This document shows, one piece after another, positions 9,570-18,154 of a stretch of DNA of 64,000 bases. Position 1 is the first letter of the stretch, and the number at the start of each line of letters is the position of its first letter. Both the position numbers and the translations under genes were made by a program. The notes beneath the pieces are model-generated. The model ran no database searches. It was given only the letters and a program-made list of their open reading frames with translations, and was not told where the DNA came from. This stretch comes from an uncultured Rubrivivax sp. (GTDB taxonomy: Bacteria > Pseudomonadota > Gammaproteobacteria > Burkholderiales > Burkholderiaceae_C): NCBI GenBank assembly GCA_964371495.1, contig CAYJOA010000004.1:2625-66624 (forward strand). The letters are read 5' to 3'.

Positions 9570-10310
9570 ATGTCCCTGTCCGCCACGACCTATCGAGTGC
9601 ACCGCTGGTTGGGCTGGCTGGTCGGCGTGCAGGTGTTGATCTGGGTGACTGGCGGCGTGGTGTTCTCGCTGCTGCCGTTCCAGGCCTGGGTCAAGGGCGG
9701 CGACACCGTCGAGCCGCCGACGGTGGTGCTGCCGGCTGGGTGGGCCGAGCGGGTGGCGCCGACACTTCAGGCCGCCGCACGACTCGGTCAGGTGTCGGCC
9801 GTGGCTGCGGTGGCCACGCCGCAGGGTCCGGCGCTGCGCCTGACCTATATCGGTGGCCCTGAACCCGTCATCGTGCCTGCCGACGGCTCGGCCTGGGCGC
9901 CACCCGACGAGGCCGCACTGCGGCGGTTTGCCACGGGTCTCTTCCGCGGGCAGGCGGCGCTGACGACGCTGGAACGCGTGGCCAAGGTGCCGCCGCGGCT
10001 GGGCATCGTTGCGGAGACCGGCGGCCGCGGCGACGTCTGGCGGGCGCAATTCGACGACACGCTCGCGACCCGCATCTACCTGAACGGCCGCACCGGAGAA
10101 TTCGTCACCTCGCGCAACGAGGCCTGGGTCTGGTACGACTTCTTCTGGCGCCTGCACATCATGGACTACGCCGAGGGCGAGGACTTCAACGGCACGCTGC
10201 TGCGTGGCGCCTCGATCGTCGCTTGGGGGCTGGTGATCGCTGGCGCGGTGCTGGCGGTTTTGGCGATCCGTCGGCGCTGGCGTGTCGCCCACAGGTCAAA
10301 GCTGGACTGA
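9570..10310 (+). CDS. PepSY-domain membrane protein
   Basis: N-terminus [27 protein letters not shown] is typical of PepSY-associated TM helices. A second TM lies at the C-terminus ([18 protein letters not shown]). Confidence 0.65.
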   Translation: MSLSATTYRVHRWLGWLVGVQVLIWVTGGVVFSLLPFQAWVKGGDTVEPPTVVLPAGWAERVAPTLQAAARLGQVSAVAAVATPQGPALRLTYIGGPEPVIVPADGSAWAPPDEAALRRFATGLFRGQAALTTLERVAKVPPRLGIVAETGGRGDVWRAQFDDTLATRIYLNGRTGEFVTSRNEAWVWYDFFWRLHIMDYAEGEDFNGTLLRGASIVAWGLVIAGAVLAVLAIRRRWRVAHRSKLD

Positions 10311-10377
10311 CCATTGCAGTAGTCGCCGGGCCATCGCCTGCAGGCGTCAGGCAAGCTGTGCCGCGTGCATGGACGCC

Positions 10378-10560
10378 AAGGGCAAGGAAGCGCTGGCGGT
10401 CAATGCTGCGGCGGTGATACTGGCGCACAACCATCCGTCGGGAGCAGCCGAGCCGAGCCGAGCCGACGAGTTCCTCACGCAGACGCTGAAGACCGCGCTG
10501 GCGCTGGTGGACATGCGGGTGCTCGATCACCTGGTGGTGGTCGGCGCTGACGTGACTACC
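10378..10560 (+). pseudogene. radC: radC (JAB/MPN-domain) C-terminal fragment
   Basis: The ORF 10282-10581 frame reads [54 protein letters not shown]. This is the RadC JAMM motif HNHPSG..PS..D and C-terminal region. The N-terminal ~2/3 of a RadC protein is absent. Confidence 0.7.
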
Positions 10561-10562
10561 CG

Positions 10563-10868
10563 ATGGCCTACCTGGAGATGAACCCCGAAGATGCACGCAC
10601 GTTGGGCGTCACAGCGGGCGACTTGGTCGAGGTCTGGAACGACTTCGGCAGCACCTACGCCATGGCCTACCCGATGAAGTCGATCAAGCCGGGGCAGACC
10701 TTCATGCTGTTCGGCTTCATCAAGGGCGTGCACGGCGACGTCGTCACGTCGTGGGTCGACCGCAACGTGGTGCCCTACTACAAGGGCACCTGGGGCAGCA
10801 TCAAGCGCGTGGGCAGCGTCGACGACTGGAAGCAGAACATCAGCTTCAAGGAGCGGCGATACACCTGA
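10563..10868 (+). pseudogene. aioA: Arsenite oxidase large subunit (AioA) 3'-terminal fragment
   Basis: 101 aa: [30 protein letters not shown]...[38 protein letters not shown]...SFKERRYT. This is the C-terminal molybdopterin-binding barrel of a DMSO-reductase-family enzyme, AioA-like by recollection. No aioB or rest of aioA lies upstream. Confidence 0.65.
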
Positions 10869-11001
10869 GCCAGTGAGTCTTGTCTCCTCGCAGTGCTTGA
10901 CGCTGCGTTCGGGGGTGCCTGCGGGCACCCCCGTTTTCGGTGAGCTATCGGCCGCCCATCACTTCGGGCAGTCGCATTTAATTGCTCATCATGTCGACGC
11001 A

Positions 11002-11577
11002 TCACGCTGGCGCAACACGAGCAGGCACCGCTGCTGATCGGCCACGCTGCAGCAGAACAGCATCGAGCCACGCCGCCCATGCAACGGGGTCGACGGGCAG
11101 CAGGGGCGCTTCACCGATGAAGCGCTGCCAGGCATCGACGTGGGCCGGTGCCACCACGGTCAACACAGGAATGCCTCGGCCCAGGAGGGCCAGCAGTTCG
11201 GCAACGAACCCTCCGTTCGTCGCCTCGAGTGAGCCGAAGCGATTGCAGACGACAAGATCCGGGGAGCGGTCAAGCGCGTCGCGAAGGACTCGGCTTGCCC
11301 GCGCAAAGCCTTGTGGATCCGCGCTGCAGGAAGCCGACTCGGAACCCAATGCCTGCGAGACCAGGTACTCCTCACCGGTGTCGATGTCGGTCAGCACCAT
11401 CGCCGCCTTGCATCCGTCGCCACGATCGCGGTGCTTCATCACGAGACCGAGAACCCTGCGTCCTGCGCAGCGTTGCCGTTCGACAAAAGCCACCAGCAGG
11501 TCGTCAAGGTCGATGCGCCCGTCATGGCGAATGGCAGCCGCCGTGGGCTGTTCGTCGGGACCCAAGTCGTGATTCAT
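11002..11577 (-). CDS. DUF2478-like (THEP1/NTPase-like) protein
   Basis: Start at internal ATG 11577 (MNHDLGPDEQ...). Pattern ...VVCNRFGSLEATNGGFVAELLALLGRGIPVLTVV. Adjacent to mobB. Family recalled from memory, not verified. Confidence 0.45.
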   Translation of the reverse strand: MNHDLGPDEQPTAAAIRHDGRIDLDDLLVAFVERQRCAGRRVLGLVMKHRDRGDGCKAAMVLTDIDTGEEYLVSQALGSESASCSADPQGFARASRVLRDALDRSPDLVVCNRFGSLEATNGGFVAELLALLGRGIPVLTVVAPAHVDAWQRFIGEAPLLPVDPVAWAAWLDAVLLQRGRSAAVPARVAPA

Positions 11578-11641
11578 TGCGCGGCCTCTTTGGTGGCGGC
11601 AGTTGGATCTTGTAGGTGGGCAGCTGTCACGACAGGGTCGT

Positions 11642-12157
11642 TCAATTTGGGCGGGCGTTGGCCAGCACGAAAGTGGCAATCGCCGCGGCATCGTGCAGCT
11701 CAAGCCACGGCGGCGCCTTGTCGGCGTGGGCCAGAGTCGTTGCCGCGGGACTGTCGCTCGCAATGGCTACGATGCCTGGCCAGTCGGGCCAGAGTGTCGG
11801 CTTGCCGAGCTCGGCGCGCCAGACCTCCAGCTTCGGGAAATCGCCGCTCTTGAAGCCTTCGAGCAGCACCAGGTCGCAGCGCTGCATGCGGCTGAGCAGA
11901 TAGTCCAGCGGCGGCTCCGCGGCGCCGCGCAACTCGTGCATCAGCGCCCAGCGGTCGTTGCCCAGCAGCAGCACCTCGCTGCACCCGGCCTCGCGCAGTC
12001 GGTAGGAGTCCTTGCCCGGTCGATCGATCTCTATGTTCTTGTGGCTGTGCTTGATGAGCGAGACGGCAAGACCACGCGAGGAGATTTCGGGCACCAACCG
12101 CTCTAGCAGCGTGGTCTTGCCCATGCCGGAATGGCCGGCGATACCGAAGACTTTCAT
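11642..12157 (-). CDS. mobB: Molybdopterin-guanine dinucleotide biosynthesis adaptor MobB
   Basis: MKVFGIAGHSGMGKTTLLERLVPEISSRGLAVSLIKHSHKNIEIDRPGKDSYRLREAG: P-loop and typical MobB sequence, 171 aa. Confidence 0.85.
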   Translation of the reverse strand: MKVFGIAGHSGMGKTTLLERLVPEISSRGLAVSLIKHSHKNIEIDRPGKDSYRLREAGCSEVLLLGNDRWALMHELRGAAEPPLDYLLSRMQRCDLVLLEGFKSGDFPKLEVWRAELGKPTLWPDWPGIVAIASDSPAATTLAHADKAPPWLELHDAAAIATFVLANARPN

Positions 12158-12360
12158 GGGACTCCATGGCTGTATGTAGGGCGCATTCTGCCGGGCGGGT
12201 GGGACCCGACGGGCCGGTCGAATTTCGGGAATACCCGGGCCCCTATTACTCCTGTGGTCTTTGTTTCTCTGCTTTGCCGCAGATCAATGTTGCGCCGCAC
12301 AAGCCCCCACAAACTCGCGTCGATCGAAAAACCAAGCGCGTCGACGCGCAGGAGCTGGCA

Positions 12361-14919
12361 ATGAGGCTGACGAGGCGAACCTTCATCATGGCGTCCGGCG
12401 CTGCTGCCGGCTGGATGGCCACCGGCTGCGCAACGGGGCCGGCATCCGCCCCCGTCACCAGCGCGTTCACGCCGCGCAAGGCCAGGGCCTCGGCACCAGC
12501 CCCGGGCGATTGGGTGGCCAGCACCTGCCAGGGTTGCACGCAATGGTGCGCGATCCAGATCTTCGTCAGCGATGGGCGCGCCGTGCGCGTGCGCGGCAAC
12601 CCGATCAGCAAGTCCAATCACGGCTTCGTGTGCCCGCGCGGCCACATGATCCCGCAGCAGATGTACGACCCCGACCGCATCAAGACGCCGATGAAGCGCA
12701 CGAACCCGGCCAAGGGCCGGGGCATCGACCCCAAGTTCGTGCCCATCAGCTGGGACGAGGCGCTGAACACCGTGGCCGACAAGATGATCGAACTGCGCAA
12801 GGCCGGTGAGCCGCACAAGCTCATGTACATGCGCGGCCGTTACTCACCCACGTCCACGGATCTGCTCTACGGCACGCTGCCCAAGATCTGGGGCACGCCC
12901 AATTATTTCTCGCACAGCGCCATCTGCGCCGAGGCCGAGAAGATGGGCCCGGGTCTCACCCAGGGCTTCTTCGGCTACCGCGACTACGACCTCGAGAAGA
13001 CCAACTGCCTGGTGATCTGGGGCTGCGACCCGTTGGCCTCCAACCGCCAGGTGCCCAACACCATCCACCGCTTCCACGAGATCGTCAAGCGCGGCACGGT
13101 AATCGTGGTCGACCCGCGGCTGTCCAACGCCGCCGCCAAGTCGCAGGAGTGGCTGCCGATCAATCCCGGCACCGACGGTGCCCTGGCCGGTGCGCTGGCG
13201 CATGTGCTGCTGACCGAAGGCCTGTGGAGCCGCGAATTCGTGGGTGACTTCAAGGACGGCAGGAACCTCTTCGTCGCCGGCAAGGCGGTCGATGAAGCAG
13301 CCTTCGCCGAGAAGGAAACCAACGGCGTCGTCAAGTGGTGGAACCTGGAGCTCAAGGACCGCACGCCGGCCTGGGCCGAGAAGGAAACGCTGATCCCCGC
13401 CGCGCAGATCGTGCGCGTGGCCCGTGCCATGGGCAAGGGCGGCTCCAAGACCGCGGTGTGGATGGGCCCGGGTGCGGCGATGCACCCGCGCGGCACCTAC
13501 AGCTCGATGGCCGTGCACGCCCTCAACGGCCTGGTGGGTTCGATCGACACCGAAGGCGGCGTCTGGCAGAGCAGCAGCGTTTCGTTGGGCAAGTTCCCCA
13601 GTGCCGACAAATATGTCGACGAGATCGCCAAGACCGGCAGCAAGGGCAAGAAGCTCGACGGCCGCGGCGCCAAGGACATGCCCGCGATGATGAACGCCAA
13701 GCCCGGCAGTGGCGTCGTCACCAACAACGTGGCCAACGGGATGCTCAAGGATCCGGGCGCGGTGAAGGTCTTCATCGCCAGCTGGGCCAACTTCAACTTC
13801 TCCTGCACTGGCGCCGACCGCTGGGACAAGGCCTTGGCCAAGGTGCCGTTCTTCGTGCACTTGGTCACCAATCCGTCGGAGATGACGCAGTTCGCCGACA
13901 TCGTGCTGCCGTCCACCTTCAATTCGGCCGAGGGCTGGTCCATCGTCGGCAACATGGCCAACGGCCACGGTTATGCGTCGATCCAGCAGGCCGCCGTGAA
14001 GCGCCTGTGGGACGTCAAGCAGGAAGAAACGGAAGTGATGTGGCTGCTGGCCGAGAAGCTCAAGGCCAAAGGCTTCCCGAATCTCTTCGACTACTACTCG
14101 AAGGAATTCAAGGACCCGGAAACCGGCAAGCTGCCGACGACGGCGCTGGAGTTCAGCGAGATGGCCACCAAGATCAGCAGCGCCACGCTGTGGATGCCCA
14201 AGGAGCCGCTCAAGGGCGACGCGCCTGTTGCCGGCTGGGCCGACTTCAAGAAGAAGGGCATGTTCAGCGGCCCGAAGTACACGCTGAAGAAGGGCTGGGG
14301 GGGCAAGTTCGCCACCGAGACCAAGAAGTTCGAGTTCTACAGCGAGACCTTGAAGAAGGGGTTGCTCGAACACGCCAAGAAGTTCGAGACCACCACCGAT
14401 GACATCCTGGCCGTCAGCGGCTACGTGGCGCGCGGCGACGTGGCCTTCGTGCCGCACTACGAGCCACCCAAGCGGCATGGCAGCGTGGCCGACTACCCGT
14501 TCACCTTCGTCGACTACAAGTCGCGCCTGAACCGCGAAGGCCGCAGCGCCAACCTGCCCTGGTACCAGGAGTTCAAGAAGGTCGATCCGGGCGATGTGTC
14601 CTGGGGCGACGTGCTGAAGATGAACCCCGCAGACGGCGCCAGGCTCGGCCTGAAGACGGGCGATACGGTCCGCATCACTTCGATGGCCGGCTCCATCGTC
14701 ACCCAGCTCAAGCTGTGGGAAGGGCTGCGTCCCGGCACCGTGGCCAAGTGCTACGGCCAGGGCCACTGGGCCTACGGCCGAGTGGCCGCCAAGGACTACG
14801 CCAAGGCACTGCCCCTGGGCGGCAACAACAACGAGATCCTGGTCGATGACTACGACCGGCTCAGCGGGTCCACGGCCCGCAACGGCGGCTTCACCGGCGT
14901 GAAGATCGCCAAGGTCTGA
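12361..14919 (+). CDS. Tat-exported molybdopterin oxidoreductase catalytic subunit, Arr/Psr/Phs clade (ArrA-like features)
   Basis: Start at ATG 12361: MRLTRRTFIMASGAAAGWMATGCA (twin-Arg leader, possible lipobox). FS0 cluster motif C-x2-C-x3-C-x27-C (CQGCTQWC...27 aa...C). RGRY at nt 12832-12843. ~852 aa. Confidence 0.8.
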   Translation: MRLTRRTFIMASGAAAGWMATGCATGPASAPVTSAFTPRKARASAPAPGDWVASTCQGCTQWCAIQIFVSDGRAVRVRGNPISKSNHGFVCPRGHMIPQQMYDPDRIKTPMKRTNPAKGRGIDPKFVPISWDEALNTVADKMIELRKAGEPHKLMYMRGRYSPTSTDLLYGTLPKIWGTPNYFSHSAICAEAEKMGPGLTQGFFGYRDYDLEKTNCLVIWGCDPLASNRQVPNTIHRFHEIVKRGTVIVVDPRLSNAAAKSQEWLPINPGTDGALAGALAHVLLTEGLWSREFVGDFKDGRNLFVAGKAVDEAAFAEKETNGVVKWWNLELKDRTPAWAEKETLIPAAQIVRVARAMGKGGSKTAVWMGPGAAMHPRGTYSSMAVHALNGLVGSIDTEGGVWQSSSVSLGKFPSADKYVDEIAKTGSKGKKLDGRGAKDMPAMMNAKPGSGVVTNNVANGMLKDPGAVKVFIASWANFNFSCTGADRWDKALAKVPFFVHLVTNPSEMTQFADIVLPSTFNSAEGWSIVGNMANGHGYASIQQAAVKRLWDVKQEETEVMWLLAEKLKAKGFPNLFDYYSKEFKDPETGKLPTTALEFSEMATKISSATLWMPKEPLKGDAPVAGWADFKKKGMFSGPKYTLKKGWGGKFATETKKFEFYSETLKKGLLEHAKKFETTTDDILAVSGYVARGDVAFVPHYEPPKRHGSVADYPFTFVDYKSRLNREGRSANLPWYQEFKKVDPGDVSWGDVLKMNPADGARLGLKTGDTVRITSMAGSIVTQLKLWEGLRPGTVAKCYGQGHWAYGRVAAKDYAKALPLGGNNNEILVDDYDRLSGSTARNGGFTGVKIAKV

Positions 14920-14948
14920 GCCCGCCCACCGTAGCTAAGGAAAACATC

Positions 14949-15722
14949 ATGACAAGACTTGGAATGGTCATCGACCTGGGCCGGTGCGTGGGTTGCGGCG
15001 CTTGTGCCTTTGCCTGCAAGGCCGAGAACAACACCCGCACGCGCAATGGCGGCCAGAGCCACAACTGGGCCGACTTCATCATGCGCACCGAAGGGGTCTT
15101 CCCAAACGTCACGCACTTCGTGATGCCGGTGCTGTGCAACCACTGCAGCGAAGCGCCCTGCATCACCGCCTGCCCGGTGAAGCCGAACAAGGCGATGTTC
15201 AAGACGCCCGAAGGCATCACCCTGCACGACCCGGAGCTGTGCATCGGCTGCCGGCAGTGCCAGGAGGCCTGCCCCTACAGCCACGAGGAACTGGGCGCCT
15301 CCAGCCTGAACGGCGAGACCTACAGCGTCATCAGCTACAACGAAGCCGACAAGAGCACGCAGCCTTTCTGGGAAGACAAGACCGCAGCCATCCCGGGGGG
15401 TACGTCGTCCGGTGCCGAAGTGGCGGCCAGGGCCGGAGCGCCGATCCCTGCGATGACGAAGTGGACCGGCGGCGATGTGCAGCCCATCCGCAAGGGCGAC
15501 GTGGTCGAGAAGTGCACCTTCTGCTACCACCGCACGATCAACGGCCTGCAGCCGGCGTGCGTGGAGGTCTGCCCCTCGCAGGCGCGCATCTTCGGTGACC
15601 AGGAAGACGCGAACAGCCCGATCGCGATGCTGTTGAAGAAGGAGAAGTCCTTCCGCCTGCAGGAGGACAAGGGCACCAAGCCCAACGTCCACTACATTGG
15701 CAAATACAGCGTTCGTGCCTGA
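14949..15722 (+). CDS. 4Fe-4S ferredoxin-type electron-transfer subunit (ArrB/PsrB-like)
   Basis: Multiple CxxCxxCxxxCP clusters (CVGCGACAFAC, CNHCSEAPCITACP, CIGCRQCQEACP, CTFC...CVEVCP), directly downstream of the catalytic subunit. Confidence 0.88.
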   Translation: MTRLGMVIDLGRCVGCGACAFACKAENNTRTRNGGQSHNWADFIMRTEGVFPNVTHFVMPVLCNHCSEAPCITACPVKPNKAMFKTPEGITLHDPELCIGCRQCQEACPYSHEELGASSLNGETYSVISYNEADKSTQPFWEDKTAAIPGGTSSGAEVAARAGAPIPAMTKWTGGDVQPIRKGDVVEKCTFCYHRTINGLQPACVEVCPSQARIFGDQEDANSPIAMLLKKEKSFRLQEDKGTKPNVHYIGKYSVRA

Positions 15723-15780
15723 CAGGCCGGCGCGAAGTACAACGGGGCCGGGATCACCCGGCCCTTTTTTTGGAGCAGAG

Positions 15781-16425
15781 ATGTCGGACACCGACGAAGA
15801 CAAGGCCAGCGCGCGCGAAGACCTGTGCCGCTTCCTGGCCGCCTGCTACTACGAGCCGACGGTCGAGTTCACCGAAGAGCGGCTGTTCGACTCCATGCTC
15901 GCGGCAGCCGAACGGCTGGACCCCGAACTCGCTGCACACACACGCCGCCTTGGCGAGGCCTTCGAAGCGGCCGGCCCGCAGGAGCTGCTGGTGGACTACA
16001 GCCGGCTTTTCCTGGGCCCGGTGCAGGCGCTGGCCCGGCCCTATGCCTCGGTGTGGCTGACTGGCGAGAACGTGGTGATGCAGGACACGACGATGGAGTT
16101 GCTCCAGCTCTACGAGCAGGGCGGCTTTGCCATCGACGAGAACTTCCAGGAACTGCCCGACCACGTGGCGGTGGAGCTGGAATTCCTGTACCTGCTGACG
16201 CACCAGCTGAACCAGGCGCAGGCCAGCGGCGACGCCGAGGCGCTGCAGGCCTTGCAGGTGCTGCGCACCGCTTTCCTTGACGGCCACTTGGGGCGCTGGC
16301 TGGGCGGTTTCATCCTGGCCGTGCACGACCACGCGCAGACCGACTTCTACCGCGAGTTGGCCGAGCTGACCGAGCTGTTCGTGCGGCTGGAAGGGCAGGC
16401 CCAGGCTACCGCGACGCGGCATTGA
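15781..16425 (+). CDS. TorD/DmsD-family redox-enzyme maturation chaperone
   Basis: Start at ATG 15781 (MSDTDEDKASAREDLCRFLAACYYEP). Motif PDHVAVELEFLYLL is typical of TorD-like chaperones. Confidence 0.75.
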   Translation: MSDTDEDKASAREDLCRFLAACYYEPTVEFTEERLFDSMLAAAERLDPELAAHTRRLGEAFEAAGPQELLVDYSRLFLGPVQALARPYASVWLTGENVVMQDTTMELLQLYEQGGFAIDENFQELPDHVAVELEFLYLLTHQLNQAQASGDAEALQALQVLRTAFLDGHLGRWLGGFILAVHDHAQTDFYRELAELTELFVRLEGQAQATATRH

Positions 16426-16444
16426 CGGGGATCGCGGCGCGCGC

Positions 16445-16855
16445 GTGTCGCTGAGCACTAACGCAGGCCGCCAGCCCATGCATACATCGACGGTGCATGT
16501 GGCCTGCCTTTGCGCCGGCTGGTGCCACCTCTGCGACGACTACCGCGCTGTCCTGCGCAGCGTGGCCGCGGAAATGGATCCCGGCGCGGCGAATCTGCGC
16601 TGGCACTGGATCGACATCGAGGACGAGGCCGACCTGGTCGGCGAGGTCGATGTGGAGACCTTTCCGACGCTCGTCATCGCAGTTGGCACCACCGTACGGT
16701 TCGCAGGCCCGCTGACGCCGCATCCGGACACGCTGCGGCGGCTGTTGCGGGCAACCGTGGTTGACGAGCCTGGGGCCAGGCGATGGCCGACGGTGAGCGG
16801 CGAGTTTCAGGCGTTCGCGGCGCGCCTTGTGCTACGAGCCAAAGGCGCGCCTTGA
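16445..16855 (+). CDS. Cytoplasmic thioredoxin-fold protein (WCHLC active site)
   Basis: ACLCAGWCHLCDDYRAV...DIEDEADLVGEVDVETFPTLVI is a thioredoxin-like layout with no signal peptide. Start uncertain (GTG 16445 or ATG 16475). Confidence 0.55.
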   Translation: MSLSTNAGRQPMHTSTVHVACLCAGWCHLCDDYRAVLRSVAAEMDPGAANLRWHWIDIEDEADLVGEVDVETFPTLVIAVGTTVRFAGPLTPHPDTLRRLLRATVVDEPGARRWPTVSGEFQAFAARLVLRAKGAP

Positions 16856-16895
16856 AGAGGTGGGTACTCAGGGTCCCCCAATGGATGCATGACGC

Positions 16896-18080
16896 TCAGA
16901 TCATCTCGATCGCCAGCGCAATGCCCTGGCCGCCGCCGATGCACAGCGTGACGATGCCGCGCTTGCAGCCGTCGCGCTTCATCGAGTGCATCAGCCGCGT
17001 CGCCAGTACCGCGCCGCTGGCACCGATGGGGTGGCCGTGGGCGATGGCGCCGCCTTCGACGTTGACGATGTCCTCGGCAAAGCCGATCTCGCGCAGGCAG
17101 GCCAGCGAGATGGCGGCGAAGGCCTCGTTGATCTCGACGCGGTCGACATCCTTCACGGCCCAGCCGGCGCGCGCCAGCGCCTGGCGCACCGCCGGCACCG
17201 GCCCCAGGCCGAACATGCCCGGCTCGACCGCGCCGACCCCGTAGCTCACCAGGCGCGCCATCGGCACCAGGCCGTTCTTCTCGGCCCAGGCGGTGTGTGA
17301 GACCACCATTGCTGCACCGGCGGAATTCAACCCTGGGGCGTTGCCGGCGGTGATGGTGCCCTCCTTGCGGAAGGCGGGCTTGAGCTTGGACAGCGACTCG
17401 GCGCTGGTCTCGGGCCGGTTGTGTTCGTCCTTGGCGAATACCGTCGGACCCTTGCGGCCGGGTACTTCGACCGCAGCAATCTCGGCTTCGAATTTGCCAG
17501 CCGCCTGCGCCGCGCTGAAGCGCTGCTGCGACCGCAGCGCCCAGCGGTCCTGGTCTTCACGGCTGATGCCGTTCTTGATCACCAGGTCTTCGGTGTGCCA
17601 GCCCGAGTGCCTGCCGCTGAAGGCGTCGTTCAGGCCGTCGTAGAGCATGCTGTCGAACATCGTGATGTCGCCCATGCGTGCACCCCATCGGCCCTGCGGC
17701 AGCAGGTAGGGTGCGCGGTCCATGTTCTCCATGCCGCCGGCAATGGCGCAATCGATCATGCCGGCCCAGATCTCCAGCGCGGCACTGGCCACGCCCTGAG
17801 CGCCCGAGCCGCAGACGCGGTTGACGGTGAGCGCGGGCACCTCCACCGGCAGCCCGGCGGCGATGCCGGCCTGGCGTGCCGGGTTCATCTTCACGCCGGC
17901 CTGGATCACGTTGCCCATCACCAGGGTCTGGATCTTGTCGGCGGCGAGGCCGGATCGCTTGAGCGTCTCGCGGATCGCCACCGCACCCAGCTCGGGCGCG
18001 GGCATGTCCTTTAGGCTGCCGCCGTAGGTGCCGATGGCGGTGCGGACGGGGTGGCAAAGAACGACTTGTCGAGTGGTCAT
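16896..18080 (-). CDS. Acetyl-CoA C-acetyltransferase (thiolase II)
   Basis: 394 aa with the NRVCGSG active-site Cys region, GHPIGASG and CIGGGQGIA C-terminal motifs. Confidence 0.9.
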   Translation of the reverse strand: MTTRQVVLCHPVRTAIGTYGGSLKDMPAPELGAVAIRETLKRSGLAADKIQTLVMGNVIQAGVKMNPARQAGIAAGLPVEVPALTVNRVCGSGAQGVASAALEIWAGMIDCAIAGGMENMDRAPYLLPQGRWGARMGDITMFDSMLYDGLNDAFSGRHSGWHTEDLVIKNGISREDQDRWALRSQQRFSAAQAAGKFEAEIAAVEVPGRKGPTVFAKDEHNRPETSAESLSKLKPAFRKEGTITAGNAPGLNSAGAAMVVSHTAWAEKNGLVPMARLVSYGVGAVEPGMFGLGPVPAVRQALARAGWAVKDVDRVEINEAFAAISLACLREIGFAEDIVNVEGGAIAHGHPIGASGAVLATRLMHSMKRDGCKRGIVTLCIGGGQGIALAIEMI

Positions 18081-18154
18081 ATCTCATCTCCTTGGGGTTG
18101 GATCGACGGCCGGGACTCGGCCGGGGTTGAGTGCTGGCTCGGTACCATGGGTTC

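Noticed and set aside
12844-14766. 640-aa ORF on the minus strand, antisense to the molybdoenzyme gene
   Set aside because: Arg/Ala/Gly/His-rich low-complexity translation, typical of antisense frames in high-GC DNA. The plus-strand frame carries clear conserved motifs (Tat leader, Fe-S Cys motif).
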